A stretch of DNA of 64,000 bases, taken from contig CASEKC010000001.1 in the NCBI GenBank assembly GCA_949288485.1, forward strand, positions 7,070-71,069. Reading direction: 5' to 3'. The notes beneath the pieces were generated by a model, which saw nothing but the letters and a program-made list of their open reading frames with translations, was not told the origin of the DNA and did no database searches. The position numbers were made by a program, and so were the translations under genes. Shown here one piece after another: positions 28,517-39,720 of the stretch; position 1 is the first letter of the stretch; the number at the start of each line of letters is the position of its first letter. Source of the DNA: an uncultured bacterium. GTDB taxonomy: Bacteria > Bacillota_I > Bacilli_A > RFN20 > CAG-826.

Positions 28517-30256
28517 ATGGACACAAAAACTATTTCATATTCTTTAAGAAATTATAAAAAACAATTAATTTTCGGACCTATTTTTAAAACAATAGAAGTT
28601 ATATTCGAACTTTTTATTCCTTTAATCATGAAACAAATTATAGATGTTGGTATTGAAAAAGGAAATATGGGCGATTATTCCTATATTATTTATTTAGGTT
28701 TAATAATTTTAGGCTTAGTTGTTTTCGGCTTTTTCTCTACGATGGTTTGCCAATATTTATCTAGTGTTTGTTCTCAAGGTTTTGGAACAGATTTACGAAA
28801 TAGAATTTATAAAAAAGTTGATGAATTATCATTAAAAGAATTAGAAATTGTTGGAAAAGGTAATCTTTTAACAATGTTAACTAATGATACAAGTCGTTTA
28901 CAGGTTGGAGTTGCTAGCTTAATTCGTTTAGCAATCAGAGCACCTTTACTTGTTATCGGTTCTTTAATAATGTGTATTTTTGTTTCCATTAAAGCTTTTT
29001 ATGTTTTTTTAATAGCGGTTATTATTGTATCAATTTTTGTAACTATTATTTTTATTTTATCTAGTAAACAGATATTAAAAGTTCAAAAAAAGGTTGATAA
29101 AATAGTCACTATATCTAATGATGATTTAGCTGGCAGTCGAGTTATCAGAGCATTTAATAAAGAAGAAGACGAAGTTTTGAAATTTAAAAAAATAAATGAT
29201 GAATATTATAAAGAAGCTCGTAAAAATGCCTTTTTTAACGCTTTAGTCAATCCATTAACTTATTTAATTATTAATAGTGCAGCAGTAATTATTATTTTAT
29301 TAGCAAAAAATTATATAAATTTACCTGATGAAATGAGTAGTGGTGATCTTTTAGCCTTAATTCAATATTTAAATCAAATTATGACTGCTCTTTTAGTTGT
29401 TTTTAACCTAGTCATTGTTTTTACAAAAGCTTTAGCTTCAAGAAAAAGAGTTAATAATTTTTTAACAAAAGAAAGTTCTATAAAAAGCGGAAATATTAAA
29501 GAAGATATTTTTAAAAATGGAAATCCTTTAATTACATTTAAAAATGTATTTTTTAGATATGAAGATGGTGATAATTACGTTATAAAAAATGTTTCTTTTA
29601 ATATAAATAAAGGCGAAACCGTCGGAATAATTGGTGGAACGGGTAGTGGAAAAACAACAATAATTAAACTTATTGAACGTTTTTTTGATTCGAGTGAAGG
29701 TGATGTTTTATTTAATTCTCATAATATCAAAGAATACGATATAAATTATTTAACTTCAATAATATCGTTAGTTTCTCAAAAAGTTTCCATTTTTAATGGA
29801 TCAATTAAAGAAAATTTAACAATGGGAAATGAAAACATTGATGAAAATAATATAATAGACGCTTTAAAAAAAGCTGATGCTTATTCATTTGTATATAATT
29901 ACGAGGATAATTTAAATCACGAAATTGTTGAAGGTGGTAAAAATTTATCTGGCGGGCAAAAACAAAGAATTTCAATTGCTAGAGCCTTATTAAAAAAAGG
30001 AGAAGTTTTAATTTTAGATGATTCAACAAGTGCTCTAGATTTTTTAACGGATAAAAGTGTTAGAAACAATATAAAACAAATTGAAGGATTAACAACAATA
30101 ATTGTTTCTCAAAGGGCCACTTCATTAACTGATTGCGATAAAATCATTGTTATGTATCATGGCGGGGTAGAATCAATTGGAACTCATGAAGAATTATTAA
30201 AAACTTCAAAAGTTTATCAAGAAATTTATTATTCTCAGGTGAAAAATTATGAATAA
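28517..30256 (+). CDS. ABC exporter permease/ATPase, heterodimer subunit 1
   Basis: TM domain, GGTGSGKT, LSGGQKQR, ILDDSTSALD, SQR (degenerate site). Confidence 0.93.
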   Translation: MDTKTISYSLRNYKKQLIFGPIFKTIEVIFELFIPLIMKQIIDVGIEKGNMGDYSYIIYLGLIILGLVVFGFFSTMVCQYLSSVCSQGFGTDLRNRIYKKVDELSLKELEIVGKGNLLTMLTNDTSRLQVGVASLIRLAIRAPLLVIGSLIMCIFVSIKAFYVFLIAVIIVSIFVTIIFILSSKQILKVQKKVDKIVTISNDDLAGSRVIRAFNKEEDEVLKFKKINDEYYKEARKNAFFNALVNPLTYLIINSAAVIIILLAKNYINLPDEMSSGDLLALIQYLNQIMTALLVVFNLVIVFTKALASRKRVNNFLTKESSIKSGNIKEDIFKNGNPLITFKNVFFRYEDGDNYVIKNVSFNINKGETVGIIGGTGSGKTTIIKLIERFFDSSEGDVLFNSHNIKEYDINYLTSIISLVSQKVSIFNGSIKENLTMGNENIDENNIIDALKKADAYSFVYNYEDNLNHEIVEGGKNLSGGQKQRISIARALLKKGEVLILDDSTSALDFLTDKSVRNNIKQIEGLTTIIVSQRATSLTDCDKIIVMYHGGVESIGTHEELLKTSKVYQEIYYSQVKNYE

Positions 30257-32015
30257 TTTAAGTTTTTTATTTAAATATTTAAAAAAAGAACTCTTTTCAA
30301 TAATTTTGTGTATTATTCTATCAATAATCACAGTTCTTTGTGTAACATTCATTCCATATTTTATTGGGGATAGCGTTGATATTATTTCTTCTTATTTAAA
30401 TGTTAACGATATAGATTTAATAAATTGGAATCCTTTATATCAAAACGTCTTAATTATTTGTTTATTAATTACTATATTAGTAATTTTTCAGTTATTATTT
30501 GATACTTTATTAGGATTTTTTGTTGAACGAATTACTGTTAATTTACGCGTAGATTTGTTTAATAAAATAAATAAAGTTTCAATTCAATATATTGATAAAC
30601 AGAAAAAAGGTGATTTAATTAGTAGAATTATTAATGATGTAGACAATCTAAATACTGGTTTAATTAGTGGTATTAGACAATTTTTTAGTGGGGTTGTTCA
30701 AATTATTGCGACAATTTCAATTATGTTTTATTTAAACTGGATTTTGGCATTGGTCGTTATTTTATTAACTCCTTTTTCATTTTTACTTTCTTATGTAATT
30801 GCTAAAAAAAGTGCTAAATATTATAAAAAATGTAATGAATATATTGGTGAAGGTAGTGGAATTTTCCTTGAATATATTAATAATATTGAAACTGTAAAAT
30901 CATTTAATTATGGTGCAAAATCTTTTGAAAAGTATGAAAAAACTAACTCTAATTTATATAAAGTTGGTCAAAAAGCTCAATTTGTTTCATCGTTAGTCAA
31001 TCCTTCATCTAGATTAATAAATAATTGTATTTACGCTTTTGTTGGAACGCTAGGAGCTCTTTTATGTGTTTTTAGCTTAAATAATAATGATAATTTTTTA
31101 AATACAAGTATGAGTATAGGAATGGTCACAACTTTCCTTCAATATTCGATTCAATATGCTAAACCTTTTGATGGTATAACTTCCTGTTTAAGTGAAATTC
31201 AAAATGCTTTTTCTTCATTAACTCGTATAAAAAATGTTTTCTTAACAAAAGATGATTTTGATGAAGGAAAAAAACATATTCAAGAAAAAATTTCTGATAT
31301 ATCTTTTGAAAATATAGTTTTTGGTTATGAAAAAGGGCAAAAAATAATTAAAAATTTCAATTTAAATGTTCCTTATGGTAAAAAAATAGCAATAGTTGGA
31401 CCGACTGGTTGTGGTAAAACTACACTTATAAATTTATTATTGAGATTTTATGATCCAAATAGCGGTGAAATAAAATTAAATGGTATTTCAAATTTAACTT
31501 ATAGTAAAAAAAGCATTCGTTGTCATTTTGGTATGGTTTTACAAGATACTTGGATTTTTAATGGAACTGTTTTTGAAAATATTGCTTATGGAAAAAAAGA
31601 TGCTACATTAGAAGAAGTAAAAGATGCTTGTGTTAGAGGTAACTGTCTTGATTTTATAGAAAGACTAGGAAAAGGATTTGACACGATTATTTCTGAAGAT
31701 AGCGGATTAAGTGCTGGGCAAAAACAACTTATTTGTATTGCTAGAGTTATGCTTTTAATGCCTGATATTATGATTTTAGATGAGGCAACTTCAAATATTG
31801 ATACTCGTACAGAAATGAAAATTACTGAAGCTTTTAAGAAATTAACAGATGGAAAAACTTCATTTATTATTGCACATCGTTTGTCAACTATCGTCTCTAG
31901 CGATTTAATTTTAGTAATGAAAGATGGCGAAATTATCGAAATGGGAAATCATAAAGAATTAATTTTAAAGAAAGGTTTTTATTACGATTTATATAATGCT
32001 CAATTTTCTAATTAA
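30249..32015 (+). CDS. ABC exporter permease/ATPase, heterodimer subunit 2
   Basis: GPTGCGKT, LSAGQKQL, ILDEATS, AHRLST. Confidence 0.93.
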   Translation: MNNLSFLFKYLKKELFSIILCIILSIITVLCVTFIPYFIGDSVDIISSYLNVNDIDLINWNPLYQNVLIICLLITILVIFQLLFDTLLGFFVERITVNLRVDLFNKINKVSIQYIDKQKKGDLISRIINDVDNLNTGLISGIRQFFSGVVQIIATISIMFYLNWILALVVILLTPFSFLLSYVIAKKSAKYYKKCNEYIGEGSGIFLEYINNIETVKSFNYGAKSFEKYEKTNSNLYKVGQKAQFVSSLVNPSSRLINNCIYAFVGTLGALLCVFSLNNNDNFLNTSMSIGMVTTFLQYSIQYAKPFDGITSCLSEIQNAFSSLTRIKNVFLTKDDFDEGKKHIQEKISDISFENIVFGYEKGQKIIKNFNLNVPYGKKIAIVGPTGCGKTTLINLLLRFYDPNSGEIKLNGISNLTYSKKSIRCHFGMVLQDTWIFNGTVFENIAYGKKDATLEEVKDACVRGNCLDFIERLGKGFDTIISEDSGLSAGQKQLICIARVMLLMPDIMILDEATSNIDTRTEMKITEAFKKLTDGKTSFIIAHRLSTIVSSDLILVMKDGEIIEMGNHKELILKKGFYYDLYNAQFSN

Positions 32016-32189
32016 TCATTAATTTTTTATTCATTTTTAAAATCGTATATATAAATTTAAAATACATATTTACTCGATTTTTTCGTAATATTATTTTATT
32101 TTTGAATGAGTAGTTTTAATGGAAAAAATGCTATTTAAAAGTGTCTTTTTTTAATGGTATAATTTTAACGTTTATTATTTGAGGAAAAA

Positions 32190-34376
32190 TTGAAAATGAA
32201 ACGTGTTTTTGAAAAAGAGTTCTTCGGTAAAAAATTAGTTGTAGAAACCGGAGAGATAGCAAAACAAGCAGATGGTGCTGTTTTTGTTAGATTAAATGAT
32301 ACTGTTGTTTTATCAACAGCTTGTTGTAGTGACGAACCTAAAGAAGGAGATTTCTTCCCTTTAACAGTTACATATGAAGAAAAACAATATGCAATTGGAA
32401 GAATTCCTGGCGGTTTTTTAAGAAGAGAAGGAAGACCTGGCGAACATGCTACTTTAACAGCAAGATTAATTGATAGACCAATTCGTCCTATGTTTAGCGA
32501 TGGATTTAGAAATGAAGTTCAAATTATTAATACTGTCATGAGTGTTGATTTAGACTCAACTCCAGAAATGACTGCTATGTTTGGTTCTTCATTAGCACTT
32601 GGAATTTCTGATATTCCATTTGATGGTCCTATTGCAGGTGTTTATGTTGGTAGAGTTAATGGAAAACTTATTATTAATCCAACTGTAGAAGAAAGAGAAA
32701 TTTCAGATTTAAATTTAGCTGTTGCAGGTACAAAAGATGCAATTAATATGGTTGAAGCTGGCGCAAATGAATTAAGTGAAGATGAAATGCTTGATGCAAT
32801 AATGTTTGGCCATGAAGCTATTAAGGCTCTTTGTGAATTTGAAGAAGAAATTATTAGAGAAGTCGGAAAACCAAAAAGAGAAATTCAACTTTATACACCT
32901 GATCAAGCAATTGTTGACGATATCTATGGAAGAATTTATGAGCGTATGGTTAAGGCAATTTCTATTTTTGATAAATTAGAAAGACAAAATGCTATCGATG
33001 CTTTAAAGAATGAAATTATTGAAGATTACGATAATCGAGAATACAAAAAAGAAAAAGAACATAAAGCTATGATGCTTATGGTTAATGATATTTTAGAAGG
33101 AATGGTTGCTAACGAAGTTAGAAGACTTATTACCGAAGAAAAAATTAGACCTGATGGAAGAAAAATTGATGAAATCAGACCTTTAGATGCTCAGGTCGAT
33201 TTATTACCAAGAGTCCATGGTTCTGCTATGTTTACAAGAGGACAAACACAAGTTATTTCAACTTGTACATTAGGTATTAAGGAAGATGAACAAATTTTAG
33301 AGAGTTTATCTCCAGAAGATTCAAAAAGATGGATGCATCACTATAATTTCCCACCATTCTCAGTTGGTGAAATCGGTAGAACAGGTACTCCAGGAAGAAG
33401 AGAAATCGGTCATGGAGCTTTAGGTGAAAGAGCATTATCTTATGTTTTACCAAGTGAAGAAGAATTCCCATATACAATTAGATGTGTTGCTGAAGTTTGC
33501 GAATCAAATGGTTCATCATCTCAAGCATCTATTTGTGCATCTTGTATGGCTTTAATGGCTGCTGGTGTTCCTATTAAGAGAATGGTTAGTGGTATTGCAA
33601 TGGGTTTAATTACTTCAGGACCTTTAGATGGAAATCATCCTTATACTATCTTAACTGATATTCAAGGTTTAGAAGATCATTTTGGAGATATGGACTTTAA
33701 AGTTGCTGGTACCGAAGTCGGTGTTACAGCTTTACAAATGGACATTAAAATTAAAGGTGTTACAAGAGAAATTTTACATGATGCTTTAATGCAAGCTCAT
33801 AAAGCAAGAGCTGAAATTAGAGAAGTTATGTCCAAAGCTATTTCCGAACCAAGAAAAGAATTATCAAAATATGCTCCAAAATTCGTCTCATTCTTTATTG
33901 ATAAAGATAAGATTAGAGAAGTTATTGGAACTGGGGGAAAAGTTATCAACGAAATTATTGAACAATGCAATAATGTTAAAATTGATATTGATGATGAAGG
34001 AAAAGTTTCAATTTATCATACTGATGCTGAAATGTTACTCAAAGCAAAAGAAATTATTCTTAATATTGCAAGAGTAGTTGAAATCGGTGAAGAGTTTACT
34101 GGAACAGTTACTAGAGTTGAAGATTTTGGTGCTTTCGTTTCACTTTATGGTGATAAAGAAGGATTATGCCATGTCTCTAAATTAAGTAATGGTTATGTAA
34201 AGAGTGCACATGATGTTGTAAGAGTCGGTGAAACTTTAAAAGTTAAAGTTATTGGTATTGATGAAAAAGGAAAAATCTCCGTATCTCATAAAGAATATGA
34301 ACCAAAAGGTGAAAACCAAGGCAAAAATGGAGAAGTAGTTGAAGAAAAGAAAAAGAGATCTTTCTTTAAAAAATAA
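32190..34376 (+). CDS. pnp: Polyribonucleotide nucleotidyltransferase
   Basis: [41 protein letters not shown] and S1 domains. Confidence 0.98.
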   Translation: MKMKRVFEKEFFGKKLVVETGEIAKQADGAVFVRLNDTVVLSTACCSDEPKEGDFFPLTVTYEEKQYAIGRIPGGFLRREGRPGEHATLTARLIDRPIRPMFSDGFRNEVQIINTVMSVDLDSTPEMTAMFGSSLALGISDIPFDGPIAGVYVGRVNGKLIINPTVEEREISDLNLAVAGTKDAINMVEAGANELSEDEMLDAIMFGHEAIKALCEFEEEIIREVGKPKREIQLYTPDQAIVDDIYGRIYERMVKAISIFDKLERQNAIDALKNEIIEDYDNREYKKEKEHKAMMLMVNDILEGMVANEVRRLITEEKIRPDGRKIDEIRPLDAQVDLLPRVHGSAMFTRGQTQVISTCTLGIKEDEQILESLSPEDSKRWMHHYNFPPFSVGEIGRTGTPGRREIGHGALGERALSYVLPSEEEFPYTIRCVAEVCESNGSSSQASICASCMALMAAGVPIKRMVSGIAMGLITSGPLDGNHPYTILTDIQGLEDHFGDMDFKVAGTEVGVTALQMDIKIKGVTREILHDALMQAHKARAEIREVMSKAISEPRKELSKYAPKFVSFFIDKDKIREVIGTGGKVINEIIEQCNNVKIDIDDEGKVSIYHTDAEMLLKAKEIILNIARVVEIGEEFTGTVTRVEDFGAFVSLYGDKEGLCHVSKLSNGYVKSAHDVVRVGETLKVKVIGIDEKGKISVSHKEYEPKGENQGKNGEVVEEKKKRSFFKK

Positions 34377-34386
34377 TATATAAATT

Positions 34387-34935
34387 ATGTTACATTTAAT
34401 TGTTTCAGATATACATGGAGCAAAATCATCAGCTGAAAAAATTGTAATGTTAGATAAACAGTATAATTTTAGTAGTGTTTTAGTATTAGGAGATATCAAC
34501 TATAATGGGGCTAGAAATATTCCTCCAGTTGATTATTCTCCTATAGATGTAACTGCTTTATTAAAAACTATTAAAGATAAGTGTCTTTTTATTCGCGGAA
34601 ATTGTGATAGTCGTGTTGATGAATTTGTTTTAGAAAAGAAGTTTTTTGATCTTAAAAAAATCAAAATTAATAAACGTAAATTTATTCTTACTCATGGAGA
34701 TCTTTATAACAAAGATAGTTATAAAATTCATATAAATGATGTCTTTTTATATGGTCATACCCATATTTATGAATTGACAAAAACAAAAAATGATTCTTAT
34801 ATTTTAAATCCAGGATCAATTTCATTGCCTAAAAACAATAATCCTCGTACTTATCTAATTTTTGATGATGAAAAACAATTATTTTCCTTATATAATATTA
34901 ATGATGTTTTAATTGATTCCTTATCAATAAAATAG
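34387..34935 (+). CDS. YfcE-family phosphodiesterase
   Basis: SDIHG, LGD, RGNCD, THG, GHTH, NPGSISLPK. Confidence 0.9.
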   Translation: MLHLIVSDIHGAKSSAEKIVMLDKQYNFSSVLVLGDINYNGARNIPPVDYSPIDVTALLKTIKDKCLFIRGNCDSRVDEFVLEKKFFDLKKIKINKRKFILTHGDLYNKDSYKIHINDVFLYGHTHIYELTKTKNDSYILNPGSISLPKNNNPRTYLIFDDEKQLFSLYNINDVLIDSLSIK

Positions 34936-34967
34936 ATCATAATAACAATTATCGTAAAGGAGTTTTA

Positions 34968-36659
34968 ATGGATAAAATAAAGATTTTAGCTTTAGGCGGG
35001 CTAGATGAAGATGGTAAAGATCTTTATGTAATTGAAATAAATAAAGATATTTTTGTTGTCGGTGGAGGATTTAAATACCCTTCAAAAACTACACCTGGTA
35101 TCGATTTTATTATTGCTGATTTTAGTTATTTAGTCGAAAACAAAGATCGTGTTAGAGCTTTTTTATTGCCAAAATGTAAGAAAAATAGTTTTGGAGCAAT
35201 TCCATATATTTATAAAGAAGTTAAAGCACCAATTTATTGTACTGCCCTTACTAAATTATTTTTAGAAAAATTTTCTAATGATTATCTTCAAGATAACGAT
35301 TATGATTTTAAAATTATCGATTTACCTGCAACTATAGAAATAGCTGGACATCAATTTACGCTTTTCTCTACATGTGCATCAGTTCCTTCTACCTTTGGTT
35401 TTGCTATTAAAACTAATTTAGGAAATATAGTTTATAGTGGTGATTTTATTGTTGAATATTCAAATGAAACTTCATTTAGACTTGATTTAAATACATTAGG
35501 TAAAATTGCTGAAAATCCAACATTATTATTGATGTCTGAATCGGTTAATTCTTTAAAACCAGGATATTGTTCACCAAATCATCGTCTTTATCCACGATTA
35601 ATAAATTATTTACATAATGCTGAAGGTAGAGTTTTCATCGCAGCAAATAGTGATAATTTATATCATATCGATGAAATTGTTAGAGCATGTCGAGAAACAA
35701 ATAAAAAACTTTATCTTTATGATGATACTTCTAGAGAATTATTCTCTTTTAATAAGATTAAAGATGTTAATAGATTCCCTTTAAAAGATATTGTTGGTAA
35801 AGATGATGTTTTAAGAGTCAAAGAATCTTCATTAGTTATATTGATGAGCGATGAAAGTGAAAGAATTTATGATAAAGTTTCTCTTTTAGCAAATAATGAA
35901 ACTGATGATAAACTTATTTCTTTAAAAGAAAGCGATACTTTCTATTTAGCAGCGATTCCTTCTGATAATAATGAAATTATTGCTACTGAAACAATCGATG
36001 AACTTTATAAGAGTGGTTGTCATGTTCATTATGAAACCAAAAATACTTTAAATAAAATGCATGCTTATGAAGAAGATTTAAAGATGTTAATCTCTCTTTT
36101 AAAACCAAAATATTATTTCCCAATCGAAGGATATTATGTTTCGCTTTTAGCAAATGCTAAACTTGCCTTTGATATGGGAGTTGGATTATCTCATAATTCT
36201 ATATTCCTTCTTGATAATGGACAAACTTTAGTTTTTGAAAGTAATAAAACTCCTTCATTAGATTTTAATTATGAAAATAAAATCATGATTGGAGATGTTA
36301 TGATTGATGGAATTGGAGTTGGTGATGTTGTTAATGAAATTATTTCGGATAGAAATAGACTTGGGGAAGATGGCGTAGTAGTCTTAGGTTGCGCTATTTC
36401 AAAAAGTGAAAGAGATATCTTAGCTGGGCCTGATATTCAAATGAGAGGATTTTTATTTTTAAAAGATAAAGATGCTGACCAAATGCTTAAAGATATTCAA
36501 AAAGTATTTGTTGAAAATGTTAAAGAATGGCTTTCTTCAACAGTTAATTTTGATGTAAATGAATTAGAAGATCAAATTGTTAATATTTTAAGAAAAATGC
36601 TTCTTAAAAATAATAATCGTAATCCGGTTGTTAAACCTAATATCGTTATTATTGAATAG
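34968..36659 (+). CDS. rnj: Ribonuclease J paralog with degenerate catalytic motif
   Basis: ALGGLDEDGK, PG.DFII.D..YL, SGDF, KPKYYFP, DGVVV, GPDIQMRGF; HxHxDH replaced by PKCKKNS. Confidence 0.88.
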   Translation: MDKIKILALGGLDEDGKDLYVIEINKDIFVVGGGFKYPSKTTPGIDFIIADFSYLVENKDRVRAFLLPKCKKNSFGAIPYIYKEVKAPIYCTALTKLFLEKFSNDYLQDNDYDFKIIDLPATIEIAGHQFTLFSTCASVPSTFGFAIKTNLGNIVYSGDFIVEYSNETSFRLDLNTLGKIAENPTLLLMSESVNSLKPGYCSPNHRLYPRLINYLHNAEGRVFIAANSDNLYHIDEIVRACRETNKKLYLYDDTSRELFSFNKIKDVNRFPLKDIVGKDDVLRVKESSLVILMSDESERIYDKVSLLANNETDDKLISLKESDTFYLAAIPSDNNEIIATETIDELYKSGCHVHYETKNTLNKMHAYEEDLKMLISLLKPKYYFPIEGYYVSLLANAKLAFDMGVGLSHNSIFLLDNGQTLVFESNKTPSLDFNYENKIMIGDVMIDGIGVGDVVNEIISDRNRLGEDGVVVLGCAISKSERDILAGPDIQMRGFLFLKDKDADQMLKDIQKVFVENVKEWLSSTVNFDVNELEDQIVNILRKMLLKNNNRNPVVKPNIVIIE

Positions 36660-36673
36660 TAAAAAAATGATAA

Positions 36674-36719
36674 AAATAAAGAAAAATTCCATTAGAAATA
36701 ATGGAATTTTTCTTTATTT
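36674..36719. terminator. Terminator after rnj
   Basis: 21-bp inverted repeat AAATAAAGAAAAATTCCATTA-GAAA-TAATGGAATTTTTCTTTATTT. Confidence 0.8.
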
Positions 36720-36739
36720 ATTTATATAATTTTAGTTGT

Positions 36740-39397
36740 ATGATTAATAAAGAAAAGTTAAGAAAAATTAGTAATGAAACTGCTAGAAGTAGCGTTGGAA
36801 TTTTTATATGTTTATTTGCTATATATTTATCTTTAAATTTAGCTCCTGTTTCCCAATATGATTTTTTCATTTATTTAGCAAGAGCGATAACTTGGGTAGT
36901 AGCTTTTTTTGTTGGTGGAATATTTTCCTATATTATTTATCTTTTATTATTTATCTATGGTTTAAGTTTAATAATTTATCATAAAAAAACTAAATTAAGA
37001 TTAGCACTTTTTATTAGTGGTGTTATTTTATTTTCACTTGGTGGAATGATTCTTTTAACTAATGGATTTAATTTAAGAACACTAGAAAGTGGTGAGATAG
37101 GATATTTAACTTTTGATAATTTTGGAACTGTTTTATTAAATAACGTTATTTACACAGATTCAGTTTTTAGAATTAATATTATTTATAATAGCGGAATTAT
37201 TGGAATGTTTTTAACTGCTTTAATTAATCAATTTTTAGGATATGTTGGTTCTTATACAATTGGTTCAATCGTTTTTGTTGCTGGAACTATTTTACTTTTA
37301 ATTCGTCCGTCGATGTATTTAATAAAAAAATTCAATGAATATCGTAATTTCAATTATCAATATTCTCCAAAAAGTGCTTTTACAAAAGCTAAAGATATTA
37401 CTTTAACAACTACCACAATTGATTCTTTAGAAGATGGAGATGACACAAATATTGAAGTTAAACAAGAACACGAAACAAACAAAGAAGTAAAAGAAAGTAA
37501 ATATACTCCTAATGATTATATTGAAAAGGTTGAAAAAGAAAGAAATGATTTTGTAAGGCCTGCTTTTATCGATCCTTCTCAACCAGAAGAACAATATTAT
37601 GCTGGAGATCATTTTGAAGATAAACCTTTAACTAGAGCTCATTTTAGCGAGGATGATTTTTCTGATAAAGTCATTTTTAATAATAAAAATACTGAAAATA
37701 ATAATTTTAAGGCAAATTCATATAAAGAAGTTCAAAGTAGACCTTTAACTCAAGAGGTAGAAAAAGATCATTACGATACACCAAAAAGTGATGTAGCCAT
37801 TAAACCAACATTTGGATATTTAGATGATTTAAATAAAGAAAATAGTGTTTCGCAAGCTAAACCAAAAATTAGAAAAAAACAAAAATATATTGCTCCTTCT
37901 TTAAGTTTACTTGAAAATAGAACAACTCATGAAACAGATCAAAAAAATAAAGAAGTTGCAGAAGAAAGAAGCGATACTATTAATCAAGTTTTAACAGATT
38001 TAGGAGTTAAAGCAAGAGTTGTTTCTTATAAAATTGGTCCATCTGTTACTCGTTATGATATTCAAACTGAAAGAAGTGAATCTATTAAAGGATTTGATTC
38101 TTATATTAATGATATTTGTATTCGTTTAGGCGGAGTAAACGCTCGTTTTTCACCAATTGTTTTAGGAAAAACAACATCAGGATTAGAAATTGCTAATGCT
38201 GTTTGTTCAATTGTTAATTTTAAAGATTGTTTACAAGCTTTAAATCGTTTGCCAAAAACAAAACCAACAAATATTCCTTTTGGTAAAGATATTAATAATG
38301 AATTGTTATCTGTTGATTTACAAGAAACTCCACATTTACTTGTTAGTGGTACAACGGGTAGTGGTAAATCAATTTTCGTTCATTCTTTAATCATGACTTT
38401 AATCATGAGAAATTCTCCTGATAATCTAAAATTATTATTAATTGATCCAAAAACTGTTGAATTTAATAAATATCGTGAAATACCTCATTTATTATGTCCA
38501 CCAGTAGGAATTGATGATCCACAAAGACCTTATGAAATATTAACTAAAATTTGCGATATCATGGAAGAAAGATATGCACTTTTTGCTGAAACAGATTGTT
38601 CAAAATTAAAAGAATACAATGAATGGGCACTTGCTCATGGGAAAGAAACTTTACCAGTTATTGTTGTAGTTGTTGATGAATATGCTGATTTAGTTGAATC
38701 TAATAAACGTATTTCTGAACCAGTTGTTAGAATTGGACAAAAAGCAAGAGCAGCTGGAATTCATATGATTATTGCAACACAAAGGCCATCAGTTAATGTT
38801 ATTAATGGTGTTATTAAAGCAAATATTCCTTCAAGAGTTGCTTTACTTTCATCTTCTTATACCGATTCAAATACAATTGTTGATCAAGGTGGTGCTGAAA
38901 AATTAATTGGTAATGGTGATATGCTTATTAAATGTGCTTTATTAAGCAATACTTTCCTTATCCGTTGTCAAGGCGCTTATGTATCTAATCAAGAAATTAA
39001 AGCTGTTTGTGATTATTTGCGTAATAATTATGAAACACAATATGATGAAGAAATTATGGATATAATAAATAAACCTGTAGCTCAAGATCCAGCCTTAATG
39101 GAAGCTAGTAAAGAATCTCGTTTTGGAAGTGATGAAGATATTTATCAAGAAGTTAAAAATTGGGCTATGAGTGAAGAATATATTTCAATGAGTAAAATTC
39201 AAACTACATTCTCAATCGGTTTTAATAGAGCCTCAAGAATATTTAAAAGATTGCAAAGAGAAGGAGTCGTAAGTAGTGATCCAGCTACCAACTCATCAAA
39301 AGGAAGTAAAGTTTTACTTCATAACTTTGATTATAATGCAGTTAAAGAAGAATATAGTGGCGGTTCTATTGAACAAACTACCTTTAAGAAAAAATAG
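36740..39397 (+). CDS. ftsK: DNA translocase FtsK/SpoIIIE
   Basis: N-terminal TMs, GPSVTRY, PHLLVSGTTGSGKS, IDPK, ATQRPS, GAEKLIGNGDML, gamma domain; start moved to 36740 because 36701 lies in the terminator. Confidence 0.95.
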   Translation: MINKEKLRKISNETARSSVGIFICLFAIYLSLNLAPVSQYDFFIYLARAITWVVAFFVGGIFSYIIYLLLFIYGLSLIIYHKKTKLRLALFISGVILFSLGGMILLTNGFNLRTLESGEIGYLTFDNFGTVLLNNVIYTDSVFRINIIYNSGIIGMFLTALINQFLGYVGSYTIGSIVFVAGTILLLIRPSMYLIKKFNEYRNFNYQYSPKSAFTKAKDITLTTTTIDSLEDGDDTNIEVKQEHETNKEVKESKYTPNDYIEKVEKERNDFVRPAFIDPSQPEEQYYAGDHFEDKPLTRAHFSEDDFSDKVIFNNKNTENNNFKANSYKEVQSRPLTQEVEKDHYDTPKSDVAIKPTFGYLDDLNKENSVSQAKPKIRKKQKYIAPSLSLLENRTTHETDQKNKEVAEERSDTINQVLTDLGVKARVVSYKIGPSVTRYDIQTERSESIKGFDSYINDICIRLGGVNARFSPIVLGKTTSGLEIANAVCSIVNFKDCLQALNRLPKTKPTNIPFGKDINNELLSVDLQETPHLLVSGTTGSGKSIFVHSLIMTLIMRNSPDNLKLLLIDPKTVEFNKYREIPHLLCPPVGIDDPQRPYEILTKICDIMEERYALFAETDCSKLKEYNEWALAHGKETLPVIVVVVDEYADLVESNKRISEPVVRIGQKARAAGIHMIIATQRPSVNVINGVIKANIPSRVALLSSSYTDSNTIVDQGGAEKLIGNGDMLIKCALLSNTFLIRCQGAYVSNQEIKAVCDYLRNNYETQYDEEIMDIINKPVAQDPALMEASKESRFGSDEDIYQEVKNWAMSEEYISMSKIQTTFSIGFNRASRIFKRLQREGVVSSDPATNSSKGSKVLLHNFDYNAVKEEYSGGSIEQTTFKKK

Positions 39398-39402
39398 TTT
39401 AT

Positions 39403-39720
39403 ATGCCTATTGGGATTGATCTTACATATATACCTCGTTTTAAAGATAAAGAGGATTTAGCAAAAAAGATTTTAAGTGAAGAAGAATTAATAAATTATTA
39501 TAATTCTTTGAATAAAGAAGAATTTCTTGCTTCCCGATTTGCTTTAAAAGAGGCTTTGATTAAATTTTTAGAACTAAATATTTTATCCGTTAACTTAAAC
39601 GAGATAAATATAAAGAAAAAACAAAACGGAGCAGTTTATGTTTTATATAAAGGAAAAAGATATTCTGCTTCTTTATCGCATGAAAAAGATTATTGTGTGG
39701 GGGTTGTAACTAATGATTGA
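39403..39720 (+). CDS. acpS: Holo-ACP synthase
   Basis: IGIDL, FLASRFALKEA, SLSHEKDY. Confidence 0.9.
   Translation: MPIGIDLTYIPRFKDKEDLAKKILSEEELINYYNSLNKEEFLASRFALKEALIKFLELNILSVNLNEINIKKKQNGAVYVLYKGKRYSASLSHEKDYCVGVVTND

Noticed and set aside
30113..38785. AGG-to-Met reassignment, reported for some uncultured Bacilli
   Set aside because: AGG encodes conserved Arg in the ABC SQR motif (30113) and FtsK ATQRPS (38783).
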